From: Hydrolagus colliei
Lineage: Eukaryota
DNA length: 64,000 bases
Assembly: GCA_035084275.1 (NCBI GenBank)
Contig: CM068756.1
Location: forward strand, 14,508,001 to 14,572,000
Direction: 5' to 3'
The notes beneath the pieces are model-generated. The model searched no databases. It was not told where the DNA came from and saw only the letters and a list, made by a program, of their open reading frames with translations. Shown here piece after piece: positions 36,433-50,999 of this stretch (the stretch's first letter is position 1; every line of letters begins with the position of its first letter). The translations under genes and the position numbers were made by a program.

Positions 36433-39400
36433 CTGAAAAGACAACATTTGTGAATTTAATTAGATTACTTTGTTTTTCTTCAGTTTACAAAAATTTCCTC
36501 AAATATTTGCCAATTATTATTTGCAGCCAAATTGCTCATTGCTTATTTGATGAAGGCACTGCTCCTCACAGAGCTGCGCTGAACAGAATCTAGTGGTGAA
36601 AATTCTGTTCCATATTGGATTAGCTGTGCATCAACAGTGACAGTAGGCTGGGAAAGGAAAGTGAAAATCAGCCAGGGGAGAAGTTGTTCAAATGATCTGG
36701 ATAGGAATTATTTCCTGTATGTTAAACAATGCCAGATCAGGGAGAGGAAAGATTGGAGGAGAAAGAAAGATGAACTGCAGAAATAGATTTCATGATAAAT
36801 AATGAAGTGAGATCAACTACATAAAATGTAACAAGTAATATTCTGATATATACCTGGGAGTACACAGTCCTCTCGTCTTGTTGTTTAGGTCTTGGTGTTT
36901 TTTTGCAATGTTTCAAATCCACTTTGGCATAAATCACCGACTCATTCCCTGCTCCCTGCAGCGTCTATAAAACAGAATATGATAGATTGTCGGCATTCAC
37001 TGGTCCGGAGAATCCTGTATAAGTATTGATCAAAATGTCTTGAAGGATAAATGTTTTCACCTAAGTTTTAAATATGTTCCTATCATTTTTGTTATCATTG
37101 TGGAGTTCTGTAAATCAGTGGTTGGAATACTTGCCTTGCAAGTGAGAGACCTGAATTTGATTCACCAAGGCAAAATAAATGAATAAAGTGGTCACTTCAG
37201 TCCATGACACTGGTGGACACAATTCGCTGCCGCATTTTGCCCACAAATATATGGTCAATTCACTTTACAATATAACTAGTGAAGCACTTTGAGACGTCCA
37301 GAAGTCGTGAAATACGCTATATCAAATGCAAGGTGGTGGGAGATGAAGAAAGCCGTTCATATTAATTTTTAGTATTAACATTAGCTTATCAAAAGTTTCT
37401 AGGGGCGCACATCTGAAGGCTCACCTAGGGTGCCAAATACCCTTGCGCCAGCCCTGTATATGAGCGATGTCCCAGTGTCTTATAGATTGATACAGATAAT
37501 AACTTGTCTTTCACCAGAAAAATAACTATTTGACTATACAGTGGCAGAATCTCGCCATCAAATCACAACCCAGGACAGTGCCAGAGTATCAGTGTCAGTT
37601 ACGGTGCCAGAGTGCAGATTAGAGAACAAAAAAAGATTAACCACAAAAATGTACAAAATATTTTACAGTAAACACTGAAGTGAGTCCAACAGATTCAAGA
37701 TAATTCAATTGGATAGAAAAGGTTTTTGTTTTGACTCTGTATTTCTGAGAAATACCTGGGCGTACACAGTGCTCTCCTCTTGCCTTTTAGGTTTTGAAAT
37801 TTTCCTTGAACTAGTCAAATTTAATGTGGCATAAGACAATGATGTATTCTCTGCTGCACGCTTTGCCTATAAAACAAAATATGATCACAATAAAAATACA
37901 TTGCATTTCTGTAGCACCTTTCGAGTCTGGATGATGTCTTCAGATGCTGATAGATTATTGGCTCCACGGTTTGTAAATTGTTGTGTAGGTACTATTCAGA
38001 AAGCCCTTAGGAATAAATATTTTCACCAAAGTTTATAATTTTTGATATAAAGCTTTGAAATATTTTACACGGAAAGTTTTATTGAATACTCTGTCTCCAA
38101 GGGCATGAAACTCAATGCCTCATTTTTCAATAATACATTGAGGCCATATGGATGCACAGAGCAAAGCCTTCTTTATTTCTTAATCATTAATAATATGGAC
38201 AATGTGGAGTCCTGTAGCTCAGTGATTAGAGCACTCGCCTCACAAGCGTGAGAGCTGTGTTCGAATCCAGGTAGGTCAGGGTGAATCCTTCAACAAGGTT
38301 TCATACTCCATGCATTATTATGTTAATCATTCGAAAAAAATAATAAAATTGGTCATCTCAATCCCCGACTGTTTGTGAGACAACACTGTGTGCAATTGGC
38401 TGCCGCATTTAGCCCACAAATATACAGTCAATTCACTTTACAATACATGTTCTGAAGCACTTTGAGACATCCAGAAGATGTAAAATCCGCTTTTCTGTAC
38501 TAAAATGCAAGGATTAATATTATTACTATCTTTCCATTTGAATAATTCTGTTTTCAGGTGAATTATCTGCTGAAATGAATTTAATAAATTTACCTGATCT
38601 TCGCAATGGCCCGATATGTTCTGGCTTCTGTGTGACCCTTAAAAACAAATTGAAAAAATAATGTATTCATCAACAACAAAATTACATTTATAGAACGCCT
38701 TTCCCATTGGGAGATGTTCCAAAGCGTCCAATTCACTTTATTTTACATAAATAGTTTCAAATATATATTGGTTATACCCAATAAAAAGCTATTCAAAGAC
38801 CACAAATTCCTGAAACCTGATTCTAAAAATATAGTTGTCTTTCATCACACAACTGCCCTTCTAATTTGAATATATACACAACACAACTGTATTAGAGTCA
38901 CATTAATTACATGATTTCAGCTTCATAATACGACTCCCCACTCACGCCCAACTTTTCTTATTCCTTCTCATACTGTCAACCACTGACCCCAGTTCTCGAA
39001 CTGCCCCTGCTCTGTGGAGCACCATACCTGAAAGCCTCCAATTGCCTGTATCCACAGATCCTTCAAATTGTTGAAGGAATAACTGAGAGAATAGATAATT
39101 TGTGGAATTGGGTATAAAACCAAACGGGTAATGTTAACAAGAAAATTATTTAATTAGACCACAATTAGAATATTGTTTCCAAAAATTCTTTTGCCGACTT
39201 AGGAAGGATGGAAAACATGAATTGGTGCAGATGTTATTCACCAGGACAATACTGGGGAATTTGTTGTGCCCTATGATCAGACACTTTCACTTTGGAACAA
39301 AGAAATTTGAGTGTGACCTGCTAGAGGATTTTAAATTTATGAAAGGTTTTGATGGCATCAATGGAGAATTTATTTATAATGATAGTTGATTCAGTGACAT

Positions 39401-42400
39401 GAAGGCAGTGCCTAAGATTGCTATAAAATGGGAAATGTGGAGGTAAGGATATTTAGTTTTTCTTTTCCTCAACCATCACACTCAACCCGGTATTCCATAT
39501 CCTAACTACTCTGTTAGTGAGGAAGCAATTGATGAGTTGATGACTAGACACTGATATTCTCTAGTTAGGATATGGGATACGCCATTGAGGCAGTAAAAGT
39601 ACGCGAAGAAATACTCTTCTATTCGCATTAATAAAATGAATAGAAGAAGCAATCTAAAACTTTTCAGATGGGGTAACGAGGAAAAGCAGGTAAACTTGGG
39701 ACTGAAAGCATTGCTCTAAAAAACACAAGCACGGCTACAATTGATGGGATGGGTTTCATGAGTGCTGCAAATTTGTATGTTTCTATTAAGTTCTATGTGT
39801 ACCTCTTTGTCTTTAGTTTCAGAGGTCTTCCCGGTCATCACACCAAATTCAAACACAAGGTGTGGGTTTCCAGTGATGCACTAGCCATCATTTGGGGTTT
39901 TCCACAAGCTATGAATAGCTCTATATAAATATGTATTTGTAATGCACTGTGACATGTTTCCCTATTTCCCTATGTTAAATATTTCCTTTACTCCTTTGTT
40001 TCCCTATTATAATAAGAGCAATAATAATCACTATTGGCATGGCAGAGCCTCGTCCCCACCTTCAAGGCCATTCTCAGCCTTGCCCCCGCCTATCTCTCCA
40101 ACCCTATCAGCCCGCCTGTCCCCTCCACTCAGCAGGCTTTGGCATGCTCCATGTCCACCGTCCTAACTGCCCAACCATCATTGGCCAGGCTTTCCGCCTC
40201 GCTGCTCCCACAATGTGGAACTCCATCCCACGATCCCTTCACCTCACTTCCTCTCTTTCCTCCTTCAAGGCCGGTCTCAAGACCTTTCTCTTCGACCGTG
40301 CCTTCTGCTCCCCTCCTAACTCTTCCCCTTCTCCTACTCTCCTTCCCCTTCCCCTTCCCTCAACCCCGACCCTTCCTCCCCTGCTCGGTTCCCGACCTGA
40401 TTGTTCAGCGCTTTGGGACATCCTCCCGACATGAAAGGCGCTCTATAAATGTAAATGTGTTGTTGGTGTAGCATTTGTCCCATCTTCTAGATGTCTCAAA
40501 GAAATTCACAGAATATACTGTGAAGTGAATTGCCTGTACATTTCTGGGTGAAAAGCAGCAGCCAATTGGGAACAGCAATGTCCCACATATGGTCATGGAT
40601 TGAGTGACCAAAAAATGTTTTGTCTCCAGGTTTACTATCCCAGAAATTTGTTCCGCAAATCAACTAACAATCACGGTTAGATTTACTGCATGGTAAACAG
40701 ACACGGGTGGAGTAAGGAAACTGGCTCAACATTTCACCTTGCCGATAATAGAACTCAGGTCTCTTGCTTGTGAGGCACGTGTCCGAACCACTGAGATGCA
40801 AGATTCCACAGAATCAGCACCAATGTTGAAAAGTAGTGAACACTGGTGCACACTTTGAACCTGTGCTCAGGTTAGTGAGGATGCAATTGATAAGTTGATG
40901 ACTATACATATACGGCTCCCAGCCAGAATTGCTCTCTCCCTGCAGCACCCCCCACCCCCCCTCCCGCACCCCAACACCCCACTTTTCCCCGCTCCAAGCT
41001 TGGCAATTGGAAATGAAATGTAAACTTTGTCACAAGTGAATGGGATGTGAATTCTTTAAAGATCGAACAGAGATACTATGGGCTGAACGGCCTTCTATTC
41101 TGTAAGTTTCTTGAGTTCAATCGTAACAGATTTCAGATACTTGTTGCTTGTTGAAATATCTTACTAAACATGCAGCTTAATATATACAAGGTGAGATTCT
41201 TTGAGGACATGTTATCGCATAGTCTCTCATTGTCACCTCTAGTCTATAAAATGAATTATTCTATTAAACATTCACAAATAACGTAAATAAAATAGGAATA
41301 TATCTTACCTTTCCTTTTGTTTAATTTGTAATGGGTCTTAATAATGATCAAAAGCAGCAGAAATATCAGCCCTCCACCTACACATCCAGCAATCAGTCCA
41401 TAGTGAGGCTGAGCGTCAATCTCTACAAGAACAGAATCAACTGAATGTGTTAATAATAATAATAAGATAATAATCGTTGCATTTGATATAGCAGTTTTCC
41501 CATCTTATCGACGTCTCAAAGCACTTCACAGAATATACTGTAAAGTGAATTGACTATATTTGTGGATGGGCGGCGGGGAGAAGGAACGTTTAATAGACTA
41601 TTGTTAGTTGTTGGTTGTTATTGTTTTTATTGTTAATATTGTTGCTTTTGTTGTTTATTGTTCTTGATTTTGTTGTTTATGTTGTTGTTTGATTCCCCCC
41701 CTTGCCCCTTGGTCTTCCCCCCCACCCTCTTCTTCTTCCCTCATTCCCTTCCCCACTTTCTGTTCCCCCTTTTCCCCTTCTCTCCATTTTCCATCTTGCC
41801 CCCCTTTCTCCCTGATTTTGCCCCCCACCCACCTTTCCCTCCCTCTCTCCTTTACCCCACTTTCTCCTCCCTCTTCCTCCCTGACCTTGCTCTACACCAC
41901 CATTCTCTCCCTCCGTCTTCCCCCTTGCCCTCTTTTCCCCCCTTTCTCCCCTGGCCACATTTCTGTGACAGTGGGACACTGCTGTGCGCAATTTGGCTGC
42001 CGCGTTTCACCCACAAGTATACAGTCAATTTTCCTACTCTTCTTTATCCTGCCTCGACCCCTCCTCACCTGCTCTTGTCCCTACCCAACTGTACATCGCC
42101 TTGGACATCCTCTCGACATGAAAGGCGCTATATAAATGTAAGTTGGGATTGATTGATTGCTCGGTTGATTGATTGATTGATTGATTCACTCATTCATTGA
42201 TTGAAACGAGGCAGCCTATTGCACACAGTATATGGATTGAAATGACCAATTTTTATAACTTTTTTTTTGGACAGATTATTATTAGGCGTGTGGAGTAAGG
42301 AAAGTTGCCCAAGGGTTCCACCTTGATCTGCCTGGATTGACTCCAGCAATGAGTTATGCTTTGATCACATCAGATCAGAAATATTAAACCAGATTTTTTT

Positions 42401-44898
42401 TAATTAAAAAGAATTCCTGGCTGAACTGTTGTAGTTGAACTCACTGTTTATCAAAAGTCATCTAGCTGATCAGCGAGACTGAGAGTGGCACCCCTCAGTC
42501 ACCGGGGGCAAAGACAACAGCTAATCTGCACCATATAATGCCACTAAGTGGAGGTTACCAAACGGTGAAAATTTATCACCCAATTTGAAGGGAAGTTTTT
42601 ATCATGTAATAACAACAAAATAGGACAACGATATGCATTTGATATGCATAAGACAAGTAGGCTTCCTACCATCAAATCCTGTGTTGGGTGTAGAAACTCT
42701 GTAACTGGCAACCGCTGGATATTGAAGGCTGACATGAGATACCAAACAGGTATAAACAACCCCACACTCCAAAGGCTGTGTCTCTTCCATATACAGGTAG
42801 CTAGAAACTTCGTAAAGTCCATTTGAATTATTTTCTTTCGTGAAATTCATCACAGTTTTAAGTTCATTGCCATCTTTCAACCACGTGAGCTTTATGTCCT
42901 CCGGAAAAAACGCAGCCGTTTCACACACAAGAGTCAGAGAATTTGCTGAATCTCTTTCAGAATCTCTGCGGAATATCTTCAGCGGGGTCGGGAGGACTGG
43001 AGGACAGAGAATGGAGCAGAATCATGTTGCTGGTGATCAGTTGGAAGATAACGTTTTATGCTCATTTGAATTGTATATTAACTATTTCCTTAAAACATTG
43101 TAGCAAGGAATCTGGATTGTAATAGCAAGAAAATTATTTTGCAATTTTAAAAGTGTTAGTATTTTTTGTGCTGAAAAATGTGTCCTGTTTAGTAGATATA
43201 GTCACTTTGGAGGGGCTAACGAAGGTAGTAGTACATAATCTTAACATTGTGGCTCTGATAAATGATGTTGAACCCTTCTCATCACATGGATTGTTGTGAT
43301 GTTGTGGAATCCAGTCCCACAAGTGGCTTGAGTTGCAGGTAAAGTGGAATACAGTATATAAAGAGAGACAGATCATAGTTGTAAAGGAGTTGACGAGTAG
43401 TGAAGAAATTGGAATAAAAGCTCTGCCACCATCCTAGAGCAACAACAACCCACATTTATACAGTGCTCCTCAAGCAGCATAGTGACCTTAGATTCAGATT
43501 TAAATAGAGATTTCACCATACACAAATAAATAGGTAACAAATCCCCATTCAGACCAAAATTTATTTTCTTCCACTGTATTTCTCTACATTTTATAAAATT
43601 TGAACCAATTTACACAAGTGCTTCAAAATATTGTTGTGCATGAAATGTTCACGTTTTCTAAACAGTTACCTTCTGCCATTCGTATTATCAATAATAATCC
43701 TGGCATTTGATGTAGCATTTTAGATATTATTAAGATATCTCAAATCGTTGCACATATTATACTGTGAAGCGGATTGGTTGTGTTGGGGGCGAAATTTAGA
43801 AAAAAATGTTACTCAATAAATTATAATTTTGTGGACCATGGGTGGAAAATATTAGGATCTCCACAAAGCAATGTAACATAAATAGTCACATAGTAAAAAC
43901 AAAATTTAACTGGGAATTTCATTGGCGAGCACATGGTGAGGAAGAATCTCTCTTCTCTACACTAATACTGTAATACCATAGAATCTTTAATATCCATCTG
44001 AACAAGCAGAAGGGACCTCGGTTTAATGTCTCCCTCAAATAGTAGGAAGCCACTGAGAGCTCCCCCAACATTGCATTGAATTGTAAGCAACGTGGGACAA
44101 CCTGAATCAATGCATAGAATAAAATATCAAATATAGTAAAATTCTAGTGATTGTGGTATGGAGGGATACAAATGTTTGAAAGCAATTATGGAGAATCTCA
44201 ACTTCCCACTTTGTTATGTTTGATAAATTTGTTGGCTCAGATCAGTACAATAACAAAGGGGAAAACCTAATAATTTACTCATATTGATTCCAAAATGCAC
44301 CAGTGATGATTCTATGGTACTAATGTATTCACACTTACCTTGTACAATTAAATGTGATCCAGTTCCATTTATTGCTACTTTCCCCCGATGGATCACTGCA
44401 CAGAAATAGACCCCTGAGTCATGGAAAGTCACATTCAGCAGCTGGAATATTTTGGAATCAAATATTTTCCCGTTATTAGGTTTATTATGCAAGTGTTCAC
44501 TCTCTCCTTCTTTCCACCAGTGAAATGCTGCATCTGAAGTTTGGTGATTACCGTCAATACGGCAAGTAAATTTAACGTCTTCGCCTTGCATTGTTGTCCA
44601 TTTTGGAGGATATTGACTCACTTTCACGGATGAATCAGCAGCAACTGTTAGGAAATGAATTAACCTATAATTAGTGATTATCGAGAGGAAAAAAACGCAA
44701 GAAAACAAATGGAAAGAGGGTGAGAACGGTGGGAGAACATTAGAGGAAAAGAAAGACGGACATATTCACTGTAGACATTTTTAAACACTTTATATCGTTT
44801 TGTATTTTAACTATACTACAGTATATATAGTAAAATGACATACCTGTGGCTACAATCCCCATTAGAGAAAGGTAGGGGATCACATCACTCTCCATCAT
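36259..44898 (-). CDS. Gene A3: intact L-VJ-C1-TM-(ITIM/ITSM)x3 receptor, 413 aa
   Basis: Exons 44844-44898, 44339-44644, 42670-42996, 41309-41422, 38594-38637, 37756-37866, 36854-36964, 36259-36432. All GT-AG and phase-compatible; total 1242 nt, open to TAA. Confidence 0.85.
36854..36964 (-). CDS. A3 tail exon 2 (VIYAKV; TVYSQ|V)
   Basis: 111 nt, phase 0-0. Confidence 0.82.
37756..37866 (-). CDS. A3 tail exon 1 (LSYATL; TVYAQ|V)
   Basis: 111 nt, phase 0-0. Confidence 0.82.
38594..38637 (-). CDS. A3 juxtamembrane linker exon (GSHRSQNISGHCEDQ)
   Basis: taag| and |gtaaat, 44 nt; converts phase 1 to phase 0 as the model requires. Confidence 0.72.
40030..40460 (+). mobile_element. L2-like LINE 3' fragment
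   Basis: [27 protein letters not shown] and the shared 3' end. Confidence 0.8.
41309..41422 (-). CDS. A3 transmembrane exon
   Basis: 114 nt, phase 1-1. EIDAQPHYGLIAGCVGGGLIFLLLLIIIKTHYKLNKRK. Confidence 0.85.
42146..42200. repeat. (GATT)n microsatellite
   Basis: Direct reading. Confidence 0.8.
42670..42996 (-). CDS. A3 Ig C1 exon
   Basis: 327 nt. LVCETAAFFPEDIKLTWLKDG..PLECGVVYTCLVSHVSL; carries one extra Cys. Confidence 0.9.
44339..44644 (-). CDS. A3 VJ-type V exon
   Basis: 306 nt. KFTC..HWWKEG..DSGVYFC..NGTGSHLIVQ. Confidence 0.92.
44844..44898 (-). CDS. A3 leader exon (MMESDVIPYLSLMGIVAT)
   Basis: 55 nt, donor gtatgt, phase 1. Confidence 0.78.
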
Positions 44899-45848
44899 TG
44901 TGATTAGTTGTTGAGCCTCACACTGAACCAGTTACTGTAGTTTGCCTATTGTTTAAAATGAAAGATTTCGCAGTGTCATTTAACTTCCTGTTTCCATGAT
45001 TCAGAGATGGGTTGGATGCAATTGGCAAAGACAGATGTGCCTTTCGAGTAAGTAGAATTACTCCACAGATCGACAGGAAAAAGGAGGATTAAATATTGCC
45101 GTAATCTGTGGTTATATTTCTGCATATTGCATTATTTTTTACTTTTCATAGAAAACATTCACGTTTATAATAAGTAACCATATGACAATAAAGCTGACAT
45201 ACAGACCTAATGAATCAACATTCTGTTTAGTTTAATAATAATATTATTAATGGTTGCATTTAATATAGCACCTGATCACGTCTTGGAGATGTCTCAAAGC
45301 ACTTCACAGAATATGCTATAAAATGAATTGAGTGTACATTTTGTGGTGGAAACGTGTATAAATGAACGGTTAGTTTTTCTGTAACCTAAAACTGATATAG
45401 ATATAAAGAAAATTATAGATATAGATATAAAGAAAATTTTTAACATCAGTTTTAGGCAACAATGCAGATTCTAACAAATCTAATGAATGTTTATGGGGTA
45501 CAGGGTACATGCATTGATCCTTAAACAAAACCCAATGGTCGGATTAATTTAAAGTTATGTGCATAAAATTTCATCTGAACCTGAGCAGTTAATCATAGAA
45601 TATATTACCATATTGAATGTGATTCCATATTTCATTTAATGCAATTCAAAATCATGAATGCAAATCTGATGATTTCAGTAATTATTTATCAAGATTTGAA
45701 CATAATTAGTCAAAGTTTAGTGATAGATATCACAGACATATTTTTGTTTCATTTTTGCAAACACATCTTTATCTTCCTTGCAACAGCTACAGTGATGTGA
45801 CAGCTGTGCCTTTCTGCAGAGGAACCCAAATGCGCAAACTTTTTTTAA

Positions 45849-46900
45849 AGCGGCTGTTTTTCAGACTGGAGGGAAGTGAGCAGTGGTGTGCCACAGGGAT
45901 CAATTTTGGGACCATTGCTCTTTGTAATCTACATCAATGATCTGGACTTGGGTGTAGGGAGTACAGTTTCCAAGTTTGACACTAAATTAGGGAGAATAGT
46001 AAATAGTGAGGAGGATAGTAGCCATCTGCAAGAGGATATAGACAAATTAGTAAAGTGGGCAGACACATGGCAGATGAAGTTTAATGCAGAGAAGTGTGAG
46101 GTGATGCATTTTGGGAGAAGAAATGAAGGGAGGCAATATAGGCTAGATAGTATAATTTTAAATGGTGTGAAGGAACAGAGAGACCTGGGGATTTGTGTTA
46201 GTGACTCGTTGAAGGTGGCAGGACAGGTAGACAAGGCTGTTAAGAAGGCATATGGGATACTAAGCTTTATAAATAGGGGTATAGAGTACAAAAGTCAGGA
46301 AGTGCTGACTAACCTCTATAAAACTTTGGTGAGGCCTCAGCTGGAATACTGTGTTCAATTCTGATCACCACACTACAGAAAGGATGTGAAGACATTGGAA
46401 ATGGCATAAAGAAGATTTACGAGGATGGTGCCAGGATTGAGGGACTTCAGCTATGAGGAGAGGCTAGATAGGCTAGGGTTATTCTCTCTGGAGCAGAGAA
46501 GATTGAGGGGAGACCTAATAGAGGTTTATAAGATCATGAGGGGTTTCGACAGGGCAAATAGAGAAAAACTATTTCCACTCGTGGGCGAATCTGTGACTCG
46601 TGGTCACAGATTTAAAATAGTTTCAAGGCGAAGTAGAGGGGAGCTGAGGATAATTTTTTTCACTCAGCGAGTTGTTCGAATCTGGAATGCATTGCCTGAA
46701 AAGGTGGTGGAGGCTGATTCGATAACAACTTTTAAAAGGGAATTAGATCTTTATTTAGGGAGAGCAGGTATATTAGGCTATGGGGAGCGGGCAGGGCAGT
46801 GAGATTGAATCGCTCTTTTCAAAGAGCCGGCACAGACTATATGGGCCGAATGGCCTCCTTTTGTGCCGTAAAATTCTATGAATTTATGAATCTATGAATC
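45849..46900 (+). mobile_element. CR1 5'-truncated copy, defective
   Basis: Near-identical to 2243-3305. A 6-nt deletion turns FADD into FD; in-frame TGA at about 46362; tail AATCTATG-like. Confidence 0.92.
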
Positions 46901-47807
46901 TCTACAACAAAGATAAAATGTCTGCCTGTGTATCCGACAATAACGCAATAACCGATTGATATAGAGACATGATTTGTACCTCATCAGAAATGTCTTACAT
47001 CTGTCAGTGTCTGGGGCACATTTGGGGGTATCCTATCTTTGATGAGCTATATTAAAACAGGTTTTAATCAAGCACCAAAATATAAGATGTACCTTGTATT
47101 GCGCAACTACGTAGTGACAGTTATGTTCCCCCATTTTTTACCTGTTTTTGACAGTACAATTGCATGGTGCTGGTAGGAACCATGGCTTACTGCATGAGAA
47201 AAGTAATCATCCTATATCTGCAGAAGGCAGGCAGAGAGGGAGAAAAATAAGGACTGATAATCAATTTAGGTGCTGAGTGCAATGATAATCAGATTAATAA
47301 CCTTTGCATTTAATGTGGTGCTTTTCATGTCTTTTAAACATGTGTCTCAAAGTGCTTCTAGAATATATACAATTGGCAAAACATGGAAGCCAATTGTGCA
47401 CAGCAACATCCCACAAACAGTTGTGGATTGACTGACCAAATCATTTTTTTTCTTGAGGGATTATTCGCAGGCATATGGTGCAAGGAAACTTGCTCAAGGT
47501 TTTGCGCTGCTTGGAATCTAACCCAGATCTCTTGCATGCAAAGTGAGTGCTCTAACCACTGGACTCCATAATATCCTGGCAAGGGGATCTCAAAGCAGAT
47601 TAAGACAGTACTGTAAGGTGATCCTCTCTGCCAAGATCTGCGTGATTCCAGGCTGTAAAACCTCTGAAACAACTGAGGGATACCATTGCCTATGTGCAGG
47701 AAAGGTAGGGTGGAAATTTGACTGATCCACCTCAACCAGGAATAAACCTTTCACTGAGTAACTAGTCTGCTTTAACACTGAAACAATAAGCAGAAATCGC
47801 TGGCAAG

Positions 47808-47927
47808 ACTCAGCAGGTCAGGCAGCATCTATGGAGAAAGGAAAACAAGTTTTCCGAAGAAGGGTTGTGGACCCAAACTGTTGACTTGCTTTTCCTTTCT
47901 CCATAGATGTTGCCTGACCTGCTGAGT
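47808..47927. repeat. Palindromic element with about 43-bp arms (Penelope-like terminal repeat remnant)
   Basis: actcagcaggtcaggcagcatctatggagaaaggaaaa-caagt and its inverse at 47884-47927. Confidence 0.75.
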
Positions 47928-49769
47928 GTTCCCAGGGATTTTTATTTTTGTTTTGGAGTTCCAGCATCTGCAGTGTTTTGCATTTTTGTCTGCTCTATCC
48001 CTGCTTGTATTGCTCGGACCACTCTACACATTAGGGTTTTGCGGAGTTAGCAAGAAGATATCCCACTCACAGTGACACGTCTGCATGAATCGATTCGAAC
48101 ATTCTTTTGCCAACCAGAATACATTGGACCTAACGCAGCCACAGGGAGACCGGGTTTGCTTCCAAGGATAGTCAGTCATTGGCAATTAGACATCCATTTA
48201 ATGACAGGCTTTAGTCTGAACTGTACAGAAACACAAACCAGGACTTTCCTTTGAACCTCTGTGAGCAGTACAACTAATCCTTGAGTGTGTGAAAGGATAG
48301 AGCCCCTCATGGTCCACTTGGCTCACATTCGCACAGACTGAGTGGTGGCTGAACCATTTGGCATAGTGCCATTTCACAGAAAGATTGAATGAAACAATAA
48401 ACAATCTCAAGATTTTTTTTTAAAAAGGCTTCTGTTAAAGTAGCACAAACAGACAGTATTGGACACAAAACATACACAGCAACAAAATGTACAGAATATC
48501 CTGCAAAACACTTTGAGACATTGTGACCACGCGATGACACTATATCAAAATCATGGCTACTAATAGATAATTCTTTGAAGTACACCCACAACATAGCTAT
48601 ACTTGTGGAGAGTCAGCATACAGGCGCAGATCTCCAGAATGATATGTCTCAAGTCATTAGAATGCATATCTGCAATTACATTAACAATGAAATATTGTGC
48701 ACAATAGGTGCAGCTACTTCATCACTCTTTGAGAAACAATGAATATCAAAGCTGCCAAAAGATAGAAAAGGTTAATATTGTGCTCTATTTTTAATTTGAT
48801 TCGTCTAATTTCATGCAATGCAATTATTTATCAACATTTTTAAATACAGCAACACCTTTGCGGTTTTAACTCTTAGATGTTTCATGTTAGGTGTATTTTT
48901 TTTAGCAGATATGTGAACAGTAATGTACAACGCCCAAACCACAACATTCTTTAGACTTGTTTTGGACGAATTGCAACATATTTTGTTGAACAGCCTGTAC
49001 CAACTGTTTCATTGATGCTGAAAAAACAGAGTGACCAGGGGAGACCAGTATGAGAATTCATGTTTTTATTTATTAAAAGACTGATTTCCGTCTTGCATAA
49101 GAGTTGTTAAGTTTTATACTGTCATTTTAGTGTCTCGTGGAATAATGCACATAATTACGAGCCTTACACGGAAAGACCAAGTGTTTTGCTAAACAGTGGC
49201 ATATTATTGCCACCATATCACAGCTCAGAACAGCGTTAGAGGAAGAAAAAGTTAGAGGGACAAGAAAGATGAGTTATTGTAGTCTTTTTTTTGGACGGAT
49301 TATTATTGGGTGTATGGAGTAAGGAAACGTGCCCAAGGTTTCGCCCTGAACTGCCTAGATTCAAAACACAGATCTCATACTTGTAAGGCGAGTGCTCTAA
49401 CCACTGAGCTACAGGACTCCACTTATCCAGGCCCTGAATGTTTGCCATCATTGCAACTTTCACTTCACCACCGTCATGTTGTTCCTGCTGCTTGGCTATG
49501 TCAGTGGGCATGTTTGAAGCCACAGCACCACTGGGAGACAGCACAGCCATCAGGTGTAACTGCCAGACATGTGTGACGAGCATTTTTTTATACAACTGAT
49601 CGACGATATGAATTCACCGAAAAAAAATATTCCCATGATACTCCCTCCTGCAAGAGCTTTCCAATGAGGTATAAATAATATCACACAGATTAATAGACAT
49701 TACAACTGTATTAGCATAGAATAGACAAACTCAGCAACACATAATGCAGCTTAGTGAACAACAACAAAT

Positions 49770-50530
49770 AAATTACACTGATAAGCGCCTTTCAAGTAGG
49801 GAGGACGTCCCAAAGCACTGAACAGTCAGGGACCCGAGCAGGGGAGAGAGGGTCGGGGTAAAGGGAAGGGGAAGGAGAGTGGGAGAGGGGGAAGAGTTGG
49901 GGGCAGCCGAAAGTGCGGTCGAAGAGGAAGGTCTTGAGACAGGCCTTGAAGGAGGAAAGGGAGGAAGGAAGGTGGAGGGACTGCGGAATGTAATTCCACA
50001 GTGTGGGGGCAGAGAGACTGAAAGCCTCTCTGCCCCACTGATGGTTGTGTGATTAGGGCGGTGGATGCGGATCAGACGTGACTCTGCTGAACGGAGGGTG
50101 TGGGCAAGGTGATAGAGAGACAGAAGGTCAGAGAGATAGGTGGGGGCAAGTCCATGGATGGCCTTGGAAGTGAGGACGAGGATCTTTAATTCGATCCTCT
50201 GGGTGACGGGGAGCCAGTGGAGACGGGCGAGGGGGGGAGTGATGTGCGAAGCCTGGTGCGGGAGAATACACGAGCTGCAGAGTTCTGAATGATTTGCAGC
50301 GTGTGAAGGGAGGAGCTGGGGAGGCCAACGAGGAGAAAGTTCCCGTAGTCGAGCCTGGAAGTGATAAAGATGTAAATCAGCATTTTGGCAGTGTCGGGGG
50401 TGAGGTAGTGGTGGAGTCTGGCAATATTGCGGAGTTGGTGGAAGGCTGTGCCGGTCATGGAGCGGATGTGGGGGAGGAAGGATAGTTCGGGGTCAAACAA
50501 GACGCCCAGATTTCTGATTGGCTTCGAGAG
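49770..50530 (-). mobile_element. L2-like LINE 3' portion
   Basis: [34 protein letters not shown] and the shared tail. Confidence 0.85.
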
Positions 50531-50999
50531 GTGGAGAGAGCAGCAGGTTGGCAAAGGAAGAAAATGTAATAACCAATTTGAAGGGAGGTATTTACCATGT
50601 AATGTTAATAAAATAGGACAAAATAGATAGACATTTGATGCTCACACTTCTGGTTAAGCAAGATTTTCAGGAGACTTCCTCTTGGGCAAATAGTCTCAGA
50701 TGAATCTGTTCAATTCAAAACATTATTAGTGAAGTTGAATGCTATTTAATACAACTTTTTATGAAATATTCAGCAAGACAATATTTGGTTCCAAGTAATA
50801 GTTAATATATTTCCAATAACAACTCCTGTTAGAGTTGTGAGGCAACAACTCTTTCAAATACTTTTGACAGTAAGGGGAGGTTGGAGATGGGCCAATAGCT
50901 TGAGACCTGCGATGCATCACAGGAAGTTTTCTTGAGGATGGGGGGGATGGCGGCTATTTTGAAGTTGGTGGGAACGATGTCGGATGAAAGGAACATCAC

